In this document: positions 7,067 to 13,557 of the stretch, in pieces
How positions within the stretch are numbered: the stretch's first letter is position 1
Layout of the letters: each line of letters opens with the position of its first letter
From: Leptolyngbya sp.
GTDB taxonomy: Bacteria; Cyanobacteriota; Cyanobacteriia; Leptolyngbyales; Leptolyngbyaceae
Assembly: GCA_003249025.1 (NCBI GenBank)
Contig: QBMH01000130.1
Span: 1 to 14,066 of the forward strand
Direction: 5' to 3'
Length of the DNA stretch: 14,066 bases
The notes under the pieces: generated by a model
What the model saw: the letters and a program-made list of their open reading frames with translations, nothing else
The model's database searches: none
What the model was told of the DNA's origin: nothing
Made by a program: the position numbers and the translations under genes

Positions 7067-8851
7067 ATGCAGCAATTAGACCGTCAAGATTCCTCGATGC
7101 AGTCCCTTCAGCGGGTGCTGAAAAGTTTGAATGGATACCGTTGGCTGTCAATGGGCGCATTGTTTAGCCTATTGCTGTTGACGGCGGCAAATGCGGTGAC
7201 TCCGCAACTGTTTCGCTGGGGAATTGATCAAGGAATTGCCAAACAAGATTTGCAAATTGTGTTGTATAGCGCCGGGGCAATGGTGGTGACCGCGATCGCC
7301 CGTGGCGTGTTCAACTTTGGTCAGAGCTTTTGGGCAGAAGCCGCGTCTCAAGGGGTTGCCTATGATTTGAGAAATCGGATTTTTAGCAAAATTCAAACCC
7401 TCAGTTTTAGCTATCACGATCAGGCACAGACTTCGCAACTGCTAACCCGCGTCACTAGCGACATTGAGCAAATTCGCACGTTCTTAGGCACCAGCCTGAT
7501 TCAGGTACTTAGCTCCGTGGTGACGCTGGTGACGATAGCCGTGATTTTGCTAGTGATGAACTGGCAGCTAGCCTTGATTACGCTGACGGTTGTGCCCATG
7601 GCGGGTTGGCTATTAGCCCGATTTCTGACGCGCAACGGCAAACTGTTTCGCCAAGTGCAGGAACAATTGAGCGACCTGAATGCCATTTTGCAGGAGAATT
7701 TGCTGGGGGTGCGGGTGGTGAAAGCGTTTGTGCGGGAGTCTACCGAGGCGCAACGTTATACAGCGTTGAATGATGCGCTGGTGACGGCGAATATGAAAAC
7801 TATTCGGGCGATTCACAATACGTTTCCAGTGATTTTTTTGCTGAGTAATTTGGTCACCTTAGTGGTGTTTGGCTACGGTGGGGCGCAGGTGATTGGCGGC
7901 AATTTTTCCATTGGCGAACTGGTGGCGTTTAACTCCTATTTGCTGGTGATTTTGCAGCCGATTTTACTGATTGGCTTTGCAGCACCGGCGATCGCCCAGG
8001 CGGCGGCTTCTGCGGAACGGGTGTATGAAGTGGTGGATGCCAAGGTGGAAATTCGCGATCGCCCCGATGCGGTGCCGTTTGAAACCTGTAGCGGCAGAAT
8101 CACCTTTGAAAACGTGTCGTTTCGCTATCCAGGAGCCACAACCGAAGCGCTCAAGGGCGTGTCGTTTGAGACGAAACCCAAGGAACTAATCGCCGTGTTG
8201 GGCATGACGGCTTCGGGCAAAAGCACGATTATGAACCTGATTCCGCGCTTTTATGATGTGACCATAGGAGCCGTGCGGATTGATGGGCGGGATGTGCGAG
8301 ATTTGACCCTAGCAAGCTTGCGATCGCACATTGGCATTGTCTTTCAAGAAACGACGCTGTTTTCGGGCACCCTGCGGGAAAACATTGCCTACGCCAAACC
8401 CAACGCCACCCTAGAGCAGGTGATTGAAGCGGCAACCACGGCACAAATCCACGACTTTATTGCCGCCTTGCCCGATGGCTATGAAACCATTGTGGGAGAG
8501 CGCGGTGTGGGCTTATCGGGGGGACAAAAGCAGCGGGTGGCGATCGCCCGAACCCTATTGACCGACTACAGCATTCTGATTTTGGATGACAGCACCTCGG
8601 CGGTGGATGCCCAAACCGCATCCCAAATTCAGGCGGCACTGGATGATCTGATGCGCCGCCGCGCCTGCGTTACCTTCGTCGTTGCCCAACGCATCAGCAC
8701 CGTGCAAAACGCCGATCGCATTTTTCTAATGGACAAAGGACGCTTGATGGCACAGGGCACCCACGAAGAATTGATGCAAACCAGTCCGCTCTATGGCGCA
8801 ATTTTAGAATCGCAAGTGGCGCAAGTGCCGGAGCGATCACTGCCAAAATAG
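7067..8851 (+). CDS. ABC exporter half-transporter (TMD-NBD fusion) with degenerate-type NBD (TM287-like chain)
   Basis: About 300 aa of N-terminal type-I exporter TMD. Walker A: GMTASGKST. Signature: LSGGQKQRVAIAR. Walker B: ILILDD, with Asp (GAC 8588-8590) in place of the catalytic Glu. The H-loop reads VAQRIST, with Gln (CAA 8687-8689) in place of His. Confidence 0.9.
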   Translation: MQQLDRQDSSMQSLQRVLKSLNGYRWLSMGALFSLLLLTAANAVTPQLFRWGIDQGIAKQDLQIVLYSAGAMVVTAIARGVFNFGQSFWAEAASQGVAYDLRNRIFSKIQTLSFSYHDQAQTSQLLTRVTSDIEQIRTFLGTSLIQVLSSVVTLVTIAVILLVMNWQLALITLTVVPMAGWLLARFLTRNGKLFRQVQEQLSDLNAILQENLLGVRVVKAFVRESTEAQRYTALNDALVTANMKTIRAIHNTFPVIFLLSNLVTLVVFGYGGAQVIGGNFSIGELVAFNSYLLVILQPILLIGFAAPAIAQAAASAERVYEVVDAKVEIRDRPDAVPFETCSGRITFENVSFRYPGATTEALKGVSFETKPKELIAVLGMTASGKSTIMNLIPRFYDVTIGAVRIDGRDVRDLTLASLRSHIGIVFQETTLFSGTLRENIAYAKPNATLEQVIEAATTAQIHDFIAALPDGYETIVGERGVGLSGGQKQRVAIARTLLTDYSILILDDSTSAVDAQTASQIQAALDDLMRRRACVTFVVAQRISTVQNADRIFLMDKGRLMAQGTHEELMQTSPLYGAILESQVAQVPERSLPK

Positions 8852-8923
8852 GTGTGAAGTTTCCCGAAGCCATGGGAATTCTTTTGGTAGAAAAGATATA
8901 GTCCCAACTCTCAAATCGCCCCA

Positions 8924-9418
8924 ATGACCAACAATCGCCTGCATCAAATTGAGGACCACTTAAACCTACTACGAGAGCAGCAAGCCTCTTTGGAACGAGA
9001 AGCTTTGCTGACAACAGGATTGCCAAAAACGCAAGCAGAGCAGCGATTGCGGCTAGAAATTAAGCCAAAAATTCGTGACTATGAGCAAGAGTATTGGCAG
9101 ATTTTAGCCGAGAATGCCAACCAGCTAAACATTCCTGAACCAAAGGCTGAAGTAATTGTGGCAGAGCTTGTCGAATCAGTGGGTCGGCTGGAGGTGCAGC
9201 AAGACTATTCGGCTGAAATGATGCAGGTTTTGTTGGAATTGCGGGACAAATTGAACCAACCGCAAGCTCCGGCAGCCATTAAGGTGAAATGGGCGTTGTC
9301 AGCAATTCCACCCTTTGTGAGTTTGGCAACGGAAGGCGAGTTAGATATAGAGAAGTTTTTGCAAACGAATTTTCCGACGTTTAGAAACTGGTCTAAGGTG
9401 CTGGCAAAAAAGTTGTAG
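8924..9418 (+). CDS. 164-aa hypothetical protein, probable N-terminal module of the downstream NB-ARC NTPase
   Basis: ATG at 8924. The first ~75 aa are highly charged and heptad-like (LNLLREQQASLEREALL...AEQRLRLEIKPKIRDYEQEYWQIL). They are followed by a helical/hydrophobic segment (AAIKVKWALSAIPPFVSLATEGEL). No known effector domain recognised. The ORF ends ...GCA AAA AAG TTG TAG, inside the frameshift cassette. Confidence 0.65.
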   Translation: MTNNRLHQIEDHLNLLREQQASLEREALLTTGLPKTQAEQRLRLEIKPKIRDYEQEYWQILAENANQLNIPEPKAEVIVAELVESVGRLEVQQDYSAEMMQVLLELRDKLNQPQAPAAIKVKWALSAIPPFVSLATEGELDIEKFLQTNFPTFRNWSKVLAKKL

Positions 9419-9455
9419 ACCACGATCGCCCACCCGATAGAACTGATCGTGGTCT
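9406..9455 (+). promoter_or_regulatory. candidate -1 programmed ribosomal frameshift cassette (A_AAA_AAG heptamer plus hairpin)
   Basis: The heptamer at 9406-9412 is in X_XXY_YYZ phase of the 8924 frame. After a 4-nt spacer comes a perfect 11-bp stem, AGACCACGATC (9417-9427) with GATCGTGGTCT (9445-9455), and a 17-nt loop. No U-tract follows. The -1 frame is open from 9397 through 10656. Confidence 0.5.
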
Positions 9456-9513
9456 GCCCAAATTTCAGGTTCCCTATCACCGGAATCAACACTTCACCGG
9501 GCGATCGCAACTG

Positions 9514-10656
9514 TTGCAAGATCTGCATACTGCACTCACGTCCACAGGCAAAGCCGCGCTCAATCAAGCAGCAGCACTCAGCGGATTGGGCGGAATTGGC
9601 AAAACCCAAACCGCCGTGGAGTATGCCTATCGCTATTTCTACGACACTCCCACCTATGAGTGGGTATTTTGGGTCAAGGCAGACACGGAATTAGCCCTGG
9701 TCACGGACTTGGCAGCGATCGCCCGATCGCTCGATTTGGGTGATGGCACCTTGGAAGAATTGGCAACGCGATCGCAGCAGTGGTTGAAGACTCATCAGGG
9801 CTGGTTGCTGATTTTTGATAACGCGGATCAGCCGGAAATTGTGAAACCCTGGTTGCCGCGCAATCCTCAGGGACGTGTATTGCTCACGTCACGGGCACCA
9901 CGATTTACCAGCCTGGGCATTAAAGCCCTGATCGCGGTGAAAAAATTCTCACTAGAAGAGTCGATCGCCTTTTTGCGCGATCGCGTAGCGTCTCCACAGG
10001 AGAATCGCACCGATCACCCTGAACTGGATGCCGCTGAACTCGCCGCCGTCACCGCCCTAGCTCAAGAATTAGACGGATTGCCGCTGGCATTGGAGCAAGC
10101 CGCTGCCTATATTGCCCAGATGGTCGTATCGTTTGCGGTGTATTGGCGCTACTACCAGCAGCAGCGTTTGGTCTTGCTAGAGAAAGGCTTACCCGAAACC
10201 GGAGACTATCCCCAATCCGTCGCCACTACCTGGCTATTGAACTTTGAGGAAGTGGAACAGCGATCGCCTGCCTCGGTGCCAATTTTGCAATTGAGCGCCG
10301 TGTTAGCCGCCGATGACATTCATGAACACCTATTGCTCGTATGTGCTGAGGAATTTGGCTTGCTAGCCTGCACCGATGAGTTGGCGCTAGCCGAGCAGTT
10401 AGCAGCCCTAGCAGATTTTTCCCTGATTCAGCGGGAGCGAGCCACAGCAAGCTACAGCATTCACCGCATGGTGCAGGCAGTCATCTGGCAGCGGTTGAGC
10501 GAAGCTGAACAGCAGACTTGGATAGAGCGTACCATCACTGGATTAAATGCCGCCTTTCCTGATGTGACGAAGTTTGAAAACTGGCAAATCTGTGGATATC
10601 TGGTGCGCCATGTGCAGGCGATCGCCCCTAGCCCTACCCAGATCTTTGGCTTCTAG
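9514..10656 (+). CDS. NB-ARC (STAND) P-loop NTPase, lacking both its own N-terminus and a C-terminal repeat sensor
   Basis: Walker A: GLGGIGKT (9583-9606). Walker B: WLLIFDNAD (9802-9828). RNBS-B-like: VLLTSR. Canonical GLPLAL (10075-10092) followed by EQAAAYI. The TTG at 9514 is the first possible start, but the frame is open back to 9397 and encodes conserved-looking LPKFQVPYHRNQHFTGRSQLLQDLH upstream of it. The true N-terminus is therefore probably supplied by frameshift from 8924-9412. May be annotated as a pseudogene. Confidence 0.8.
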   Translation: MQDLHTALTSTGKAALNQAAALSGLGGIGKTQTAVEYAYRYFYDTPTYEWVFWVKADTELALVTDLAAIARSLDLGDGTLEELATRSQQWLKTHQGWLLIFDNADQPEIVKPWLPRNPQGRVLLTSRAPRFTSLGIKALIAVKKFSLEESIAFLRDRVASPQENRTDHPELDAAELAAVTALAQELDGLPLALEQAAAYIAQMVVSFAVYWRYYQQQRLVLLEKGLPETGDYPQSVATTWLLNFEEVEQRSPASVPILQLSAVLAADDIHEHLLLVCAEEFGLLACTDELALAEQLAALADFSLIQRERATASYSIHRMVQAVIWQRLSEAEQQTWIERTITGLNAAFPDVTKFENWQICGYLVRHVQAIAPSPTQIFGF

Positions 10657-10689
10657 TTCATCTGCTGATTTACCCCTTGCCATCTCATA

Positions 10690-12450
10690 TCATCGCAATT
10701 GCTTGAATAAATCCATCAGTTTACGCTTGCGGGCATGAATGGACTGGAGTTGATTGAAATATGCCGTCCACGTTGATTGTTGCCCTGAGTGCAGGTAGGC
10801 AGCTTTGGCGTGTTTTAGCCATTGCACTGCTTCGTGGTAGCGATCGGCTTTGCCTTGCTCCATAATCGGTTCTGCCCGTTGACGAGCCGCTGCAATCACC
10901 CAATCGGAATGAGTGGCTACCACGGCTTGCATGACGCGATGCACCAACTCGGAGCGGTAGTAGGTGTCAGTTTGCACGGCTGCGATCGCATCATCCAGCA
11001 ACCCTTCATGCAGAAAAATATCAACCTTTGCATCCCTCGCTGCCCATTCCTGCGTCTGGCGTAGAATTTCCAGCAACTCTGGTTTAATGTCGTTCCACTG
11101 GTGAGCCGCGAAATGCGCCACTCGTTGATAGTCTGCAAAACTAGGACGCAGTTTGAAGGCAAGAATGCTGGCATCTAGAGCGATTTCGGAGTTTCCTAAC
11201 CCTTCTGCCAGTTCACTTGTCCAACTTGCCAGAGTATACCGACAATTTCCAGGTAAAGGCAGTCCAAGCTGAGCAATCGCCAACGCCTCAGATAAATGAT
11301 TGCTTTCTCGTAAGGTTTTTGCCAGGGCAAACGCTTCTTCAGCCGTGGTCATGCGCGATCGGGCTGTGGTCATCGCTTCCTCAATGTTGCCGATCTCCGC
11401 CAATCGCGTCAGATACTGCACCATTAATCCTTCTGTTTTGGCTAAGTTCAAGTACTCAGCCTGCTGTCCCTGCCGATCCAATATTTGCAGCCGAACCAAT
11501 GCCAGATCTTGACCGCAGGGTGAATTTAACCGCTCTGGATCGGAATAATGCCCGCCTTGCAATGCTTGCTGTAAGTCTGGATCAGTCCACCCCTGCTGCA
11601 ATGCCGCTAGGCTCATCGAAAAATCCCCGTCTAGGGCATCCTGCCATTCTTCTAACATCAAGCGCAGATCGACGGCTTCAGGTGGCGAAAGATCGATGCT
11701 GAGAACCGCTTCTGTCCAGGCTTCGTTGAGCGACTCGACAATTGGAAAAGAATCTCCCCCATAATCGCTGATGTCGTCCCATTCATCGACACAAGCAGCA
11801 GTAATCGCCTCTAGAATTGCGATCGCGCTAGTCCCATCTTCATTCCTGGCAAATGCTAAAGCTTTCTCAATGATTTCCAGCAATTGATCGGTAAACGGAT
11901 CATCCTCATAGCCTTCCTCCAGCGATCGCACGCCTTCTCGCAAAATATGTCTCACCTGCCGCCGAAACGGAGCTACATCAATTGCGGTACGACGGCGGGG
12001 CACAGCCACTTGCGCCGCTGGAGCCGGGTTCGACATCAGCATCACCTGGAGATCGACTGCCTCGATCAGTTCCGGTTGCTCTTTGACCAATGCTTGCACT
12101 AATCGTTGGGTTTGCACGTGATCGAGGCGATCAAGCAATTGGGGCAGCGTTGGTCGCACTTCAACGCGATCGGGTTGCCGCACCCAAGCCAGTGCTGCTG
12201 CCACAATATGTTTACACCAGCCTTCATAGTCATAAGGGCAGGTACAGCCAGCCGAAGTAATACCCCCAGAATCAAACTGGAGACTGACGCGGTAAGGAGT
12301 TACTTCACTGCCCTCCACGTCTGCATAGATCGTGTTGCCTCGTTGCACCAGATCGGCGACGGCTCCTTGCTGGTAATAGGCTTCTCCCCGGCTAAAGGAA
12401 TTGCTCGTTGCCTGATGCTGAATGGTTGTTATCGAAATTGGTGCTGTCAT
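10690..12450 (-). CDS. SWIM zinc-finger domain protein with long alpha-helical C-terminal region
   Basis: The N-terminal region ...YRVSLQFDSGGITSAGCTCPYDYEGWCKHIVAAALAW carries the CxCx7CxH SWIM signature (C69, C71, C79, H81; nt 12208-12246). The remaining ~480 aa are helical and repeat-like. Several HIP1 sites lie inside it, so it looks resident. Confidence 0.8.
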   Translation of the reverse strand: MTAPISITTIQHQATSNSFSRGEAYYQQGAVADLVQRGNTIYADVEGSEVTPYRVSLQFDSGGITSAGCTCPYDYEGWCKHIVAAALAWVRQPDRVEVRPTLPQLLDRLDHVQTQRLVQALVKEQPELIEAVDLQVMLMSNPAPAAQVAVPRRRTAIDVAPFRRQVRHILREGVRSLEEGYEDDPFTDQLLEIIEKALAFARNEDGTSAIAILEAITAACVDEWDDISDYGGDSFPIVESLNEAWTEAVLSIDLSPPEAVDLRLMLEEWQDALDGDFSMSLAALQQGWTDPDLQQALQGGHYSDPERLNSPCGQDLALVRLQILDRQGQQAEYLNLAKTEGLMVQYLTRLAEIGNIEEAMTTARSRMTTAEEAFALAKTLRESNHLSEALAIAQLGLPLPGNCRYTLASWTSELAEGLGNSEIALDASILAFKLRPSFADYQRVAHFAAHQWNDIKPELLEILRQTQEWAARDAKVDIFLHEGLLDDAIAAVQTDTYYRSELVHRVMQAVVATHSDWVIAAARQRAEPIMEQGKADRYHEAVQWLKHAKAAYLHSGQQSTWTAYFNQLQSIHARKRKLMDLFKQLR

Positions 12451-12653
12451 GTTTACTTACACCCTCTACACCCCAGCTATTTCAACCTCAAATCTTGCCT
12501 AATCAGGATATCCACCCAGTGCAGATCGGCTTAGGATAGCACCGGAGACGATAGAACCTGATGATAATCAATGGACAGATCATAGGCTAGTTTGTCATAA
12601 ATTGCTGCGATCGCTTCTCTTCAGATCTAAAAGCACCTCTGCATCAGGCGATC

Positions 12654-12765
12654 GCTCATCCATTTGATTCATTTACTGAGACAAAACTCAGTTAGAATTT
12701 GTTAGCACCAATTTACGCTGAATTTTTCTGAAAAATAGTAATACTTGCATACATATTTCAACTGG
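12654..12765. repeat. copy 1 of a ~112-bp imperfect direct repeat flanking brnTA
   Basis: By hand alignment it is ~82% identical to 13446-13557 (20 differences including one 1-nt gap). The first 35 nt match 34/35 (GCTCATCCATTTGATTCATTTACTGAGACAAAACT). Confidence 0.8.
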
Positions 12766-12824
12766 AACTGACAAGCAACCATGAGACACCAACAAAATTT
12801 TCGCCTATCCATTGCGGCGCAATG

Positions 12825-13067
12825 TTAGGCTGTCTCGCCGCTTTCTGACTGTGGCATCGATTCGATCAATGCTCTTAGCACTTTGTTAACCGATTCAGGC
12901 GTTGTGAAAACTTGAGCCACATCCTCATCTAAAACTACAACCGTTAACTTTTGCGTCTCATTGCGGACAGCAAATCGATTGGGTTTCGCCTTCTGATAAT
13001 CAAAGCTGTATTCAGCTAGAAGCTCGTCTTCAAGATTTTGTGGTTGGTCAGAGGGCGTTTTGCTCAT
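12825..13067 (-). CDS. brnA: BrnA-like antitoxin
   Basis: MSKTPSDQPQNLEDELLAEYSFDYQKAKPNRFA...LTVVVLDEDVAQVFTTPESVNKVLRALIES fits the antitoxin pattern found downstream of DUF497 toxins. It overlaps the brnT 3' end by 20 nt. The ATG at 13067 has AAGGAG 10 nt upstream. The ORF-track start at 13076 is GTG. Confidence 0.7.
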   Translation of the reverse strand: MSKTPSDQPQNLEDELLAEYSFDYQKAKPNRFAVRNETQKLTVVVLDEDVAQVFTTPESVNKVLRALIESMPQSESGETA

Positions 13068-13326
13068 AATCCTCACGCTCCTTGCGAGTAGCTAGACGGG
13101 CACTAATGATACGGATACGACCAGATCGCTCAGTAAAAGCAATTAACAGAAATCGATTTTGCTGAGAATGACCAATGATAATTTCTCTCCGCTCATCTGT
13201 GGAATGAGCCTCATCATCAAAGATAACTGCCAGAGGATTATCGAATACGGTCTTGGCTTCTTCAAAGCTAATGCTGTGCTTCTTCAGATTGGCAATTGCT
13301 TTTGATTGATCCCACTCAAACTCCAT
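13048..13326 (-). CDS. brnT: BrnT-family toxin (DUF497)
   Basis: MEFEWDQSKAIANLKKHSISFEEAKTVFDNPLAVIFDDEAHSTDERREIIIGHSQQNRFLLIAFTERSGRIRIISARLATRKEREDYE matches the BrnT hallmarks (FEWD..K...N..KH..SFEEA, EER, RIISAR.AT..ER..Y). Toxin-first gene order is as in canonical brnTA. Confidence 0.85.
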   Translation of the reverse strand: MEFEWDQSKAIANLKKHSISFEEAKTVFDNPLAVIFDDEAHSTDERREIIIGHSQQNRFLLIAFTERSGRIRIISARLATRKEREDYEQNAL

Positions 13327-13445
13327 GCCTAAATCATACCTGATGGTTCAAAGAGCGTAGCAGCCTTGCTCAGAAGTCTGCCATCTCATCAATAAGCGTC
13401 CCAGTCTCAAACAAGAAATCATAGTACTCAAATCGATATAGGATA

Positions 13446-13557
13446 GCTCATCCATCTGATTCATTTACTGAGACAAAACTTGGTTGGAAGTTGGTTGCAC
13501 CAATTTACGCTTAACCATTCTGAGGAACAGCAATACTCGCATATATATCTTCGACTA
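13446..13557. repeat. copy 2 of the ~112-bp imperfect direct repeat, abutted or interrupted by IS630 copy b
   Basis: See copy 1. Homology runs up to the CTAG at 13555-13558, where the second IS begins. The true right boundary of the repeat is therefore masked. Confidence 0.8.

Noticed and set aside
8861-8885. Hairpin TTCCC-N8-GGGAA followed by TTCTTTT after the ABC stop, as a possible terminator
   Set aside because: The stem is only 5 bp, which is too weak to call. A -10-like TATAGT at 8897-8902 ahead of the 164-aa ORF also lacks a -35 and is not reported as a feature.
10657-10689. Expected bidirectional terminator between the convergent STAND and SWIM genes
   Set aside because: The 33-bp gap contains no stem-loop. 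This absence was used only as supporting context for the truncation argument.
12810-12824. Palindrome CATTGCGGCGCAATG immediately after the brnA stop
   Set aside because: It gives at most a 6-bp stem with a 3-nt loop, and the T-run on the minus strand begins about 12 nt later. It is not a convincing intrinsic terminator.
13327-13361. TATGAT (complement of 13333-13338) 6 nt upstream of the brnT ATG, suggesting a leaderless transcript
   Set aside because: There is no acceptable -35 or extended -10 at proper spacing. A single hexamer match is expected by chance in AT-rich DNA, and it cannot be supported without TSS data.
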